64,000 nt of DNA from an uncultured Actinomycetes bacterium. GTDB taxonomy: Bacteria > Actinomycetota > UBA4738 > HRBIN12. Numbering within the stretch: the stretch's first letter is position 1; every line of letters starts with the position of its first letter. A program made the translations under genes and the position numbers. Of the stretch, positions 38,528 to 49,357 are shown piece after piece. Location of the stretch: the NCBI GenBank assembly GCA_963704885.1, contig CAVPIB010000004.1, positions 32,001-96,000 on the forward strand, in the 5' to 3' direction. The notes under the pieces were generated by a model, which saw only the letters and a program-made list of their open reading frames with translations, did not search any database and had not been told where the DNA came from.

Positions 38528-39150
38528 TGGCCTTGTTCACGAAGAACTACCCCGATGAGATCGCAGCACGGGTGCCGCCGGGTCAGCGCTTGGTCAAGAC
38601 CTGGCCGGTCCTGCACTACGGTCCGATCCCGGCGTTCGACGGTACGGACTGGGACTTGGAGGTCACGGGCCTGGTCGACAACCCGCTCACGTTGTCCTAC
38701 CAGGAGCTCCGGGCGCTCCCCAACGTGGTGGTCGGAGCGGACATGCACTGCGTGACCGGATGGAGCACCCTGGACAACACGTGGGAGGGCGTTTCATTCC
38801 GGACGCTACGGGAGATGGCCGAGCCCACGTCCGAGGCCAAGTGGGTGATCGCGCACTGCGCGCACGGGTACACCTCGAACCTGTCCTTGCAGGCTATGGA
38901 CGACGACGACGTCTTGGTCGCCTGGCGGAACAACGGTGAGGACCTGAGCGCCGAGCACGGATGGCCCCTCCGACTGGTCGTGCCCAAGCGATACGCCTGG
39001 AAGAGCGCCAAATGGCTCACCGGTCTGGAGTTCAGCGCCAAGAACAAGCGGGGGTTCTGGGAGGTGCGCGGATACCACATCCACGCTGAGCCGTTCGGCG
39101 AGGAGCGCTACAGCCACCAGGAAGGTTCGCGCGCCGAGCTGGAGCCGTGA
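38524..39150 (+). CDS. sulfite-oxidase-like molybdopterin oxidoreductase
   Basis: [36 protein letters not shown]. Confidence 0.88.
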   Translation: MMALFTKNYPDEIAARVPPGQRLVKTWPVLHYGPIPAFDGTDWDLEVTGLVDNPLTLSYQELRALPNVVVGADMHCVTGWSTLDNTWEGVSFRTLREMAEPTSEAKWVIAHCAHGYTSNLSLQAMDDDDVLVAWRNNGEDLSAEHGWPLRLVVPKRYAWKSAKWLTGLEFSAKNKRGFWEVRGYHIHAEPFGEERYSHQEGSRAELEP

Positions 39151-39935
39151 CCGAGGATCTTGACCTTCAGGCGTACCTGGCCAGGATCGGCTACACCGGC
39201 GATCTGGCCCCGACCATCGAAACGCTGACCGGCATCCACCGGGCGCACGTCCTTTCGATACCGTTCGAGAACCTGGACATCCTGCTCGGCAGGCCGATCC
39301 GGCTTGATATGGAGAGCCTCCAAGAGAAGCTGGTTCGCTTAGGGCGCGGAGGTTACTGCTTCGAGCAGAACTCGCTCTTCGCTGCCGTGATGGAACACCT
39401 CGGGTTCCAGGTCACGCGTCTGGCCGCGCGCGTCCGGATGGGCGACGAGCGCTCAACGCCTCGAACCCACATGGTCCTGGCGGTCGATATCGACGGGGCC
39501 AGGTGGCTCGCCGACGTCGGGTTCGGAGGCGACACCCTGCTCGACCCGATCGCGCTCGAAGGCGATGAGCCAGTTCGCCAGGGGGCATGGGCGTTCCGGA
39601 TGGGCTTGGAGGACGAGGTCCGCGTTCTGCGGGGCCACCGAAGCGACGGGTGGATGGACCTCTATGCATTCACGGAGGAGCCGCAGCTGCCGGTCGACTA
39701 CGAGGTTGCCAACCATTTCACGTCGACGTGGCCTCGTTCGCCCTTCGTCAGCAAGGTCGTCGTTCAGCGTTCGGGCCTGGATGAGCGGTGGATGCTGATC
39801 GATGACGAGGTAAGGGTCGAGCGTCCGGGCGGGACCGAACGCCACACGGTCGCCTCGCCCCAGGAGCTGCTCTCGGTCCTCGCGGACAGGTTCGGCCTGG
39901 TCTTCCCGGAAGGCACACGCTTCGAGCGGGCGTAG
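39147..39935 (+). CDS. arylamine N-acetyltransferase
   Basis: IPFENL, RGGYCFEQN, THM, DVGFG. Confidence 0.92.
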   Translation: MTEDLDLQAYLARIGYTGDLAPTIETLTGIHRAHVLSIPFENLDILLGRPIRLDMESLQEKLVRLGRGGYCFEQNSLFAAVMEHLGFQVTRLAARVRMGDERSTPRTHMVLAVDIDGARWLADVGFGGDTLLDPIALEGDEPVRQGAWAFRMGLEDEVRVLRGHRSDGWMDLYAFTEEPQLPVDYEVANHFTSTWPRSPFVSKVVVQRSGLDERWMLIDDEVRVERPGGTERHTVASPQELLSVLADRFGLVFPEGTRFERA

Positions 39936-39942
39936 GCCGAGA

Positions 39943-40772
39943 TCAGCCTGCGAGGGACCGAAGGAGGGCGATGTCCTCGGCGTGCCGTGCGGCGTCTCCG
40001 GGGGTCTCCAGCACAAGGGTGAGGTCTTCGAGCTCGGGACGGGTCACGAGCGCCCGCCATCCGTCCATCCCGATGAAGCCATCGCCGATGTCCTGGTGCC
40101 GATCTCGGCGCTCACCTCGGGGGTATAACGAGTCGTTAGCGTGGATCAAGGCAACGCGTTCGGTGAGGTCATGCTCATGCATCTCGTCGAAGAGCTCTGC
40201 GACGCCGTCAGGTGTGTCCAGACCATAGCCGGCCGCGAATAGGTGGCAGGTGTCCAGGCAGAGGCCGAGCGTCTCGACGTCAGCCGACGCGAGCAGCCGG
40301 GCGGCCTCCGCGATCGTCGAGGCGACCGCCCCGGAGGTCCCGGCCATCAATTCGACCACGACCCGGACGTGCTCGGCCTGATCGGCCGCGATCCGGAGGG
40401 TGGTCGTTGCCCGCTCGAGCGCGGCGTCGGGCTCGGATGGGCCACCGGCCCCGGCGTGAAGCACCAGCAGGTCGACGCCGAGCGCATCGCAGGCTCGAAC
40501 GGTGGAGCCGGCCAATGCCCGCGTCTTAGCGAGGAATTCTTTGTTGGGGGAGGCGATGTTCACCAGGTAGGGGGCGTGCGCGATGAGCAGGCCAAGACCG
40601 GAGGCCACCCATCCGTCGTGGAAGGCGGCGGCGTCCTCGTCCGACACGTGCGGCCCAGCCCAACCGCGGGGGTTCGAGATGAAGACCTGCGCCGCGTCCG
40701 CGCCGCGGATCCGGCATTCCTCCACCGCGCTCTCGACCCCCCCGGATCGCCGACGGACGTGCGCTCCGATCT

Positions 40773-40776
<4 letters not shown>
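39943..40776 (-). CDS. nfo: endonuclease IV
   Basis: IGAH, HAPYLVN, CLDTCH.FAAGY, HANDS, DRH..IG, LETP. Confidence 0.9.
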
Positions 40777-42656
<1,880 letters not shown>

Positions 42657-42733
42657 GGTCGACCTCCCTGGGGGAAGCGCTCAGGAGCACGGGAGCGCGT
42701 CCGTTGGCGATTCTACGGTGGGGAACAGGCGGG

Positions 42734-43447
42734 ATGGCTGAAGCTCCGGCAAGTGGACCTCCCGATCTGGGTGCCGCTCTCGATCGCATCGAAGCGGCCG
42801 TCGAGGGCGGGAACACAGATCTGCGGGCTCTTGGGTTCTGGCCGATCGTAGCGAGGGTGAAGCCCGATCGTGTGCTGGTCGACCGCCACGCCGACCAGAT
42901 CGGAAGGATCGACGGGATGGCTTTCCGGGCGCGCGTTCGGTTGCGGGTCCCCGTCTGGCTGGGGAACACGTCGTTGCTGATAGGGGTGGCCATCGGTCTT
43001 GGCGCGGCGATCGTCGCGCGGACGACGGCACCGACGGGGCTGGCCGGCACCCTGCTCCTGGCCGCCGGGGTCATCTGGTCGGTGGCCATCCACTGTCCCG
43101 CACACTGGGTCGTCGGTCGTCTGGTAACCATCCGCTTCACGGACTACTTCCTGGGTGGCCCTCCACCTCCCCGGCCCGGGCTGAAGACCGACTACGCAAC
43201 CTACCTCCGGGCGGATCCCGCCAGCCGCGCGTGGATGCACGCGTCGGGAGCGATCGCCACCAAGCTCGCTCCGTTCGTTGCGCTCGCCTTCTGGCCGGGG
43301 TCCGGGGCCCCGTGGTGGAGCGCGGCGGGGCTGATCGCGCTGGGGCTGATCCAGATCGCAACCGACTTCACGCTCTCCGTGAAGGTGAGCGACTGGAAGA
43401 AGTTCTCGCGCGAGCGCGCCGTGGCCCGGGCGCGGGCCGCGGGCTGA
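42734..43447 (+). CDS. hypothetical membrane protein
   Basis: ATG 42734; several hydrophobic segments; HCPAH motif. Confidence 0.7.
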   Translation: MAEAPASGPPDLGAALDRIEAAVEGGNTDLRALGFWPIVARVKPDRVLVDRHADQIGRIDGMAFRARVRLRVPVWLGNTSLLIGVAIGLGAAIVARTTAPTGLAGTLLLAAGVIWSVAIHCPAHWVVGRLVTIRFTDYFLGGPPPPRPGLKTDYATYLRADPASRAWMHASGAIATKLAPFVALAFWPGSGAPWWSAAGLIALGLIQIATDFTLSVKVSDWKKFSRERAVARARAAG

Positions 43448-43469
43448 GCTCCGGCTCTATACTGCGACC

Positions 43470-43566
43470 GACTTACCGGGGAGCTCGGGAACTACCGGGC
43501 TGAGAGGCCGGCTACCGATCGTCGGCGACCCGCATACCTGAACCGGGTAATACCGGCGGAGGGAGG
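43470..43566 (+). ncRNA. TPP riboswitch
   Basis: GGGGAGC...GCTGAGA...GACCC...ACCTGA..CGGGTAATACCGGCGGAGGGA; TATACT -10 at 43458; directly before thiE. Confidence 0.93.
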
Positions 43567-43570
43567 ATCG

Positions 43571-44218
43571 ATGCTCGATCCACGCAGGCTCGAGGTCTAC
43601 GTCGTCACTTCCGGAGCGTTCGGACCGGGCCGCGACCATCGGGACGTCGCGGCCGCCGCGATCGCCGGCGGGGCCACGGCGATCCAGCTCCGAGCCCCCG
43701 AGCTCCCCGACGAGGAACTGCTGGCCGCAGCGGCGGACATCGCCGATACGTGTCGCAGCGCGGGCGTGCTGTTCATCGTGAACGATCGTGTAGACGTCGC
43801 GATCGAGAGCGGGGCCGACGGGGTGCACGTTGGCCAGGACGACGACACCGCGAAGGTCCGCCGGCGGCTCGGCCCGGACGGAGCGCTCGGGGTGAGCGTA
43901 GGGACCCTCTCCGATGTTCACGAGGCGGAGCTGGCCGGGGCGGACTACCTCGGTGTCACGGTGTGGTCCACTCCGACCAAGCCCGACGCGGTACCGCGCG
44001 GGCTGGAGGGCTTCCGTGACCTGGCGCACGCGACCGCGCTCCCAGCGGTCGGGATCGGCGGCATCTTCGCCTCGAACGGTACGTTGGTCCTGGATGCGGG
44101 CGCCGCGGGGCTCGCGGTGATCTCGGCCGTCGCGGCAGCGCCGGACCCCGTCGCGGCAACGCGCGAGCTGGTCGGCGTGGTTCAGCGCTTCCGGAGTCGC
44201 GGGGAGGTGCCGTCGTGA
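43571..44218 (+). CDS. thiE: thiamine-phosphate synthase
   Basis: IQLR, FIVNDRVD, GVHVGQDD, TPTK, GIGGI, AVISA. Confidence 0.93.
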   Translation: MLDPRRLEVYVVTSGAFGPGRDHRDVAAAAIAGGATAIQLRAPELPDEELLAAAADIADTCRSAGVLFIVNDRVDVAIESGADGVHVGQDDDTAKVRRRLGPDGALGVSVGTLSDVHEAELAGADYLGVTVWSTPTKPDAVPRGLEGFRDLAHATALPAVGIGGIFASNGTLVLDAGAAGLAVISAVAAAPDPVAATRELVGVVQRFRSRGEVPS

Positions 44219-45273
44219 GTGAGCAGCGCACGGGCAAGGCCACGGCGGAGCTGTTCGAGCAGGTGATCCTGCGCCGGCTGGGGGCCACGGATCCAGATGT
44301 CCTGGTCGGGCCCAAGCACGGATTGGACGTTGGGGTGGTGCGGGTCGCCGACGGTGTTGCGATGGCGGTCACCACCGACCCGGTGTTCGTGGTCCCGGCG
44401 TACGGCTGGGAGCGGGCGGCGTGGTTCGCGGTACACATCCTAGCGTCGGACGCGGCGACCAGCGGCCTGCCTCTTCGTTGGATGGCCGTCGACCTCAACC
44501 TGCCACCCGAGGTCACAGACGATGATCTCAGCGCGCTGTGGGACGCGTTCTCTCGCGCGTGCGACCAGCTGGGGATCGCGGTTGTGACCGGACACACGGG
44601 CCGCTACGACGGATGCGCCTGGCCAATGGTGGGCGGGGCGACCTGCATGGCCTTGGGGCCGGCCGACGCGTTCGTGACGCCGACCATGGCTCGACCCGGC
44701 GACCGGATCGTGGTAACCAAGGGTGCGGCGATCGAAGCGACAGCTCTCTTCGCGGCAACGTTCCCGGAGCGCCTCGCGGCGGGCGTGGGAGATGTGGTGG
44801 TGAAACAGGCCGACGCGCTGTTCGAGCAGATGACGGTCGTGCCCGAGGCGCGCGTGGCGGCGGCGTTCGGCCTGAGGGATGCCGGTATCACCTCGATGCA
44901 CGATGCCACCGAGGGTGGCGTGCTCGGCGGTCTGCTGGAGGTGGCCGTCGCATCGGCGACGGGCGTCCGTGTGCAGCTCTCGGCGATCCCCGTCCGCCCC
45001 GAGGTACGGGCCGTGTGCGATCACGTGGGGATCGATCCCTATACGTCGATCTCGGAAGGGACGTTGATCGCGACGGTCAGGCCGGAACGGGCCGACGACT
45101 ACGGCCGGGCGCTCGATGACGCGGGGATCGACGCGGCGATCGTCGGCGAGGTCACCGAGGCGTCGACGGGATACGTCCTGGTCGATGGTTCGCGCGAGCG
45201 TCCGCTCGAGCATCCCGGCCTGGATCCGTTCTGGGGCGCGTTCAGGGCGTGGGCGATGCAGGCCTCAACGTAG
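44215..45273 (+). CDS. AIR synthase (PurM/ThiL/HypE)-family protein
   Basis: TTDP, SDAATSG, TGHT, SMHDATEGG, ISEGTL. Confidence 0.85.
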   Translation: MSEQRTGKATAELFEQVILRRLGATDPDVLVGPKHGLDVGVVRVADGVAMAVTTDPVFVVPAYGWERAAWFAVHILASDAATSGLPLRWMAVDLNLPPEVTDDDLSALWDAFSRACDQLGIAVVTGHTGRYDGCAWPMVGGATCMALGPADAFVTPTMARPGDRIVVTKGAAIEATALFAATFPERLAAGVGDVVVKQADALFEQMTVVPEARVAAAFGLRDAGITSMHDATEGGVLGGLLEVAVASATGVRVQLSAIPVRPEVRAVCDHVGIDPYTSISEGTLIATVRPERADDYGRALDDAGIDAAIVGEVTEASTGYVLVDGSRERPLEHPGLDPFWGAFRAWAMQAST

Positions 45274-45303
45274 GAGACGCGCATACCGATAGGCTCTGCG
45301 GCC

Positions 45304-46179
45304 GTGGACCTGATCACGGTGGGCGACGTCATGGTGGACGTGCACGTCGAGGCGCCCGCACTCGCGCGTGGCGGGGACGTGCACGGCCGCGTCCGCCTGC
45401 AACCGGCGGGAACGTCGGCCAACGCCGCGGTGTGGGCCGCATGGGACGGCGCGAGCGCTCGCGTGCTGGGCAGGGTCGGCGCGGACCTGGCGGGCCGGCT
45501 CCTCGAAGAGGCGCTCATCGAGCGAGGGGTGGAGCCCCGGCTCACGTTCGACGCGGACGCGCCCTCGGGCACCATGTTGGTCGTCGTCGAGGAGGGCGAA
45601 CGATCGATGGTGGCCGACCGCGGGGCCAACGCCCGCCTCAAGCCCGACGATCTTCCGGCCACGCTGGAGTGCGGTGCTGTCCTCGTCTCCGGCTACCTGT
45701 TGCTGCAGGACCCGACGACCCACGCTGCGGTCGAGGCGCTCGAACGCTCCCGGTCGGGGTTCGTCGCCGTCGAGGCTTCGTCGTGGCCGCTGCTCGAAGC
45801 GTTCGGGCCGGAGCGCTTCCTGAGGGCTTCTTCCGGCGCAGGAGCCGACACGATCCTGGCTAACAACGAAGAGGCTCAGGTCCTGAGCGGTCGCTCGGGG
45901 GAAGACCCGGCGCGCGCCTTGGGTGAGCGTTTCCGCGTCGCGTGCGTCAAGCTGGGCGCGGAGGGAGCGGTCATGTCCTTCGACGGAAGCATGGTCCGGG
46001 TGCCGGGTGAGCGGATCGTCGAGATCGACCCGACCGGGGCGGGCGACGCTTTCGACGGAGTGCTCCTGGCGGCGCTTGCGGGAGGCGCTGAACCCGAGGC
46101 GGCCCTGCAACGCGCGTGCCACGCCGGCGCGTTGGTCGCTGCGAGCGACGAGATATGGCCGGAAGTGGTGCCCCGATGA
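45304..46179 (+). CDS. PfkB-family kinase, probable pseudouridine kinase
   Basis: SANAA, KLGAEGA, DPTGAGDAF; coupled to psuG. Confidence 0.8.
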   Translation: MDLITVGDVMVDVHVEAPALARGGDVHGRVRLQPAGTSANAAVWAAWDGASARVLGRVGADLAGRLLEEALIERGVEPRLTFDADAPSGTMLVVVEEGERSMVADRGANARLKPDDLPATLECGAVLVSGYLLLQDPTTHAAVEALERSRSGFVAVEASSWPLLEAFGPERFLRASSGAGADTILANNEEAQVLSGRSGEDPARALGERFRVACVKLGAEGAVMSFDGSMVRVPGERIVEIDPTGAGDAFDGVLLAALAGGAEPEAALQRACHAGALVAASDEIWPEVVPR

Positions 46180-47081
46180 CGGAGGCGTTCGCTGTGACCG
46201 ACGAGGTTCGGTCGGCTCTCGCCGATGGGCTGGGCGTGGTAGCCCTTGAGACCAGCGTGATCGGCCAGGGTCTGCCCGCGCCCAGGAACTGGGAGTGCGT
46301 AGAACGGATGAGCGCCGCGATCAGAGCGGCGGGAGCCGTGCCCGCATGGATCGGCGTGGCTGACGGCTCGGTGGTGGTCGGGTTGACCCCAGAGCAGCTC
46401 CGGCGCTTCGCCGAACCGGGCAGGGCCTCGAAGGTGGCGCGCCGCGACTACCCGATGGCCGTGGCGAGCGGCGATCTGGGAGCCACCACGGTCAGCGCCA
46501 CCATCTGGGCCTCGGCCAAGGCTGGCATCGCCGTCGCTGCGACGGGCGGCATAGGAGGCGTGCACCACGGTGATGACCCTGATGTGAGCGCGGATCTCCT
46601 GGAGCTGGCGAGAACGCCTGGGTTGTTGGTGTGCTCGGGTCCGAAGTCGATCATCGACCCGGTCGCAACGGCTGAGAAGCTCGAAGAGCTCGGTGTGGCG
46701 ATGGTCGGATACGGCGTGGACCGTCTGCCCTTCTTCCTGGCCCGTGAGGCACCCGTCGAGCTCGAGCATCGCGTGGACACTCCCGGCGAGGCTGCCTCGC
46801 TCGCACGCGCAGTGGGAGCCCTGGGTGGAGGGAGCACGGTCCTCTTGTGCAACCCGATCCCCGCGGAGCACGCCATGGACGCCGCGGAGGTTGCCGCCGC
46901 GGCCCACGATGCCGAGGCCCGCGCCGAGCGCGAAGGGGTCCACGGCAAGGCGCGCACCCCGTTCCTACTCGCCGCACTCACGACCCTCACCGATGGTCGG
47001 AGTCTCGAGGCCAACCTGGCGCTCTTGGAGGACAACGCTCGTCTGGCAGGGCTGGTCGCCGCGGGAACCGCTAGTTCCTAG
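46176..47081 (+). CDS. psuG: pseudouridine-5'-phosphate glycosidase
   Basis: VALETSVIGQG, ATTVS, ATGGIGGVH, DVSADL, GKARTPFLL. Confidence 0.9.
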   Translation: MTEAFAVTDEVRSALADGLGVVALETSVIGQGLPAPRNWECVERMSAAIRAAGAVPAWIGVADGSVVVGLTPEQLRRFAEPGRASKVARRDYPMAVASGDLGATTVSATIWASAKAGIAVAATGGIGGVHHGDDPDVSADLLELARTPGLLVCSGPKSIIDPVATAEKLEELGVAMVGYGVDRLPFFLAREAPVELEHRVDTPGEAASLARAVGALGGGSTVLLCNPIPAEHAMDAAEVAAAAHDAEARAEREGVHGKARTPFLLAALTTLTDGRSLEANLALLEDNARLAGLVAAGTASS

Positions 47082-48124
47082 CGCAGCCAGGTCTGGATGA
47101 TGACCTTAGAGAAGTTCCAGCCGTACTTGAGGGACTTCGGCTTCTTCGACTTCCCGCCCTTACGGGCGAGGATGGTGATGGGGACCTCCACGATCCTAGC
47201 CCGGTGGCGCAGAGCCTCGATCAGGATCTCGCTCGTCCAGAACTGATCCTGCTCGAGCACCAGGTCTTCGAGCAGATCTGCCCGTGCCGCTCGGTAGCCG
47301 CTGGAGATGTCGGTCACCCGCGTTCCCGTCAGCATGGTCACCACCCTCGAGAAGAAGTGAACGCCAAGGTGACGGATGGTGGATTCCTTCTCGAAATCGC
47401 CCAACAAGCGGGAGCCGTTCACGTAGTCGGCCTCGCCACGCAGGATGGGGCCGATCATCACCGGGAGCTCCTCGGGAAGATGCTGTCCGTCTGCGTCCAG
47501 CGTCACCACTATGTCGGCCCCCAGCTTCAGCGCCACTTCGTAGCCCACCCGTAGGGCCAGTCCTCCACCCCGCCTGATAGGGAGCTCCGCCACGAACGCG
47601 CCGGCTTGGCGCGCGGTGTCGGCGGTCCGATCCTCCGACCCATCGGACACCACCAATGGGACGACGTGGTAGCCCTCCACCATGGACGGGATGGACTTCA
47701 CCACAGCCCCCACGTTCTCGGCCTCGTTGTAGGCGGGGGACACGGTGATCAGCCGCGGGCCCTCGGGCAGCGTCTCCGCCCGGGCCCAGTCGAACCGCTC
47801 CTGTCCCAATGCCTCTACCAACAGGCGGATGCTCCGTTCGTTCACGTCCGCGATGGACTGAACGCGCAACAGGAGCGCGAAAAGCACGAGGACCGCCACC
47901 ATCAGGACGAAGATCAACCGGCGGTCGTTCCCGGGGCCGAAGTTGAAGCTGGTGAAGAGCGGGTTGAAGAGGGACGGCGCCAGCGACAGAAGGATGATGA
48001 CCGTCGCGATCGCGCAACTGCTGATCATGTTCAGCCGGCTGATCTGCCGGCGTCGGTATCGTCGGATCGACGCCACGAAGAACGCGAGCGCCGCGATGAC
48101 TCCCAGGATCCGGAGCGCGGGCAT
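47078..48124 (-). CDS. membrane (DUF2304-like) domain fused to glycosyltransferase family 2
   Basis: three N-terminal TM helices; PAYNEA, DGSED, DADGQH, D.SSGYRA (polyprenol-phosphate sugar synthase-like). Confidence 0.85.
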   Translation of the reverse strand: MPALRILGVIAALAFFVASIRRYRRRQISRLNMISSCAIATVIILLSLAPSLFNPLFTSFNFGPGNDRRLIFVLMVAVLVLFALLLRVQSIADVNERSIRLLVEALGQERFDWARAETLPEGPRLITVSPAYNEAENVGAVVKSIPSMVEGYHVVPLVVSDGSEDRTADTARQAGAFVAELPIRRGGGLALRVGYEVALKLGADIVVTLDADGQHLPEELPVMIGPILRGEADYVNGSRLLGDFEKESTIRHLGVHFFSRVVTMLTGTRVTDISSGYRAARADLLEDLVLEQDQFWTSEILIEALRHRARIVEVPITILARKGGKSKKPKSLKYGWNFSKVIIQTWLR

Positions 48125-48130
48125 CGGCGG

Positions 48131-49306
48131 CTACGCGCTGGGAGCGGCCACGCCCGGCCGCCACCGGTCCTGCGGCAAGATGTGATCCACGATCACCCGA
48201 TCACGGTAACGCGTGATCGTCGAGAACATCGACTCGATCAGCGTCTCGCTCAACAGATGTGGCTTGAGGCCCAGGTCCAGGAGCTTCGTGTGGGTCGCGT
48301 TGTAGTAGTGCTCCTCGGCCTCCACCCGGGGGTTGTCGATCGGATCGACCACGACATCGATCCCGACCTCGGCGCCGGCCTTCTGCACGTGCTCGGCGAG
48401 CTGCAGCACCGAGAATTGCTCGGTGAACTGGTTGAAGACGCGGTACTCGCCAGCCTCCGCGGGATGGGTGACGGCCAGCTCCACACACCGCAGCGTGTCG
48501 ACGATGTTCAGGTAGCCGCGGGTCTGACCACCCTTGCCGTAGACCGTGAGCGGGTGGCCGATCACGGCCTGTACGCAGAATCGGTTGAGCGCCGTTCCGA
48601 AAACGTCGTCGTAGTCGAAGCGCGTCATCAGGCGATCGTCCAGCGCGGTTTCCTCGGTCTCTATGCCGTAGACCACGCCCTGGTTGAGGTCGGTCGCACG
48701 CAGACCACGGACGCGACAGGCGAAGTGGATGTTGTGGGAATCGTGGACCTTGGACAGGTGGTAGTAGCTACCGGGGAGCTTCGGGAAGGGCAGGTAGTCA
48801 GATCGCCCGTTGTGTTCGATCTGGATGAAGCCTTCCTCGATGTCGATGTTGGGCGTGCCGTACTCGCCCATGGTGCCCAGCTTGACGAGATGGCATCCGG
48901 GGACGAAGCGTTCGATGGCGAAAAGCACGTTCAGAGTGTTGACCACGTTGTTCGTCTGGGTGAAGACCGCGTGCTCCCGATCCTTCATGGAGTAAGGGGC
49001 GGACGGCATCTCCCCGTAGTGCACGACCGCATCGGGCTGGAACTCGCGGAAGACCCGCTCAGTGACGGCCCAGTCACACAGGTCACCCTCGGTGTATCCG
49101 ATCTCGTGACCCGTGACCTGGTGCCATGCGGCGACCCGCTCGGGCAGACCGGGAAGGATGGGCAAGAGCGAATCCGTTCCCGCCTCCGCGTGGGCGCGCC
49201 GGCGGAGGTAGTCGTCGACCACGTGCACCTCGTGTCCACGGTTGGAGAACCTCATCGCGGTAGGCCACCCGAGGTAACCGTCGCCGCCCAGGATCAGGAT
49301 GCGCAT
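48131..49306 (-). CDS. sqdB: UDP-sulfoquinovose synthase
   Basis: GGDGYLGWPTA, SAPYSM, KLGTMGEYGTP, YHLSKVHDS, TDLNQGVVYG, NPRVEAEEHYYN. Confidence 0.9.
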   Translation of the reverse strand: MRILILGGDGYLGWPTAMRFSNRGHEVHVVDDYLRRRAHAEAGTDSLLPILPGLPERVAAWHQVTGHEIGYTEGDLCDWAVTERVFREFQPDAVVHYGEMPSAPYSMKDREHAVFTQTNNVVNTLNVLFAIERFVPGCHLVKLGTMGEYGTPNIDIEEGFIQIEHNGRSDYLPFPKLPGSYYHLSKVHDSHNIHFACRVRGLRATDLNQGVVYGIETEETALDDRLMTRFDYDDVFGTALNRFCVQAVIGHPLTVYGKGGQTRGYLNIVDTLRCVELAVTHPAEAGEYRVFNQFTEQFSVLQLAEHVQKAGAEVGIDVVVDPIDNPRVEAEEHYYNATHTKLLDLGLKPHLLSETLIESMFSTITRYRDRVIVDHILPQDRWRPGVAAPSA

Positions 49307-49357
49307 GACATGCCTTTCAGAGCTCGTGGGAGTCGGTGGGATTGTACCGAGGAGGGC

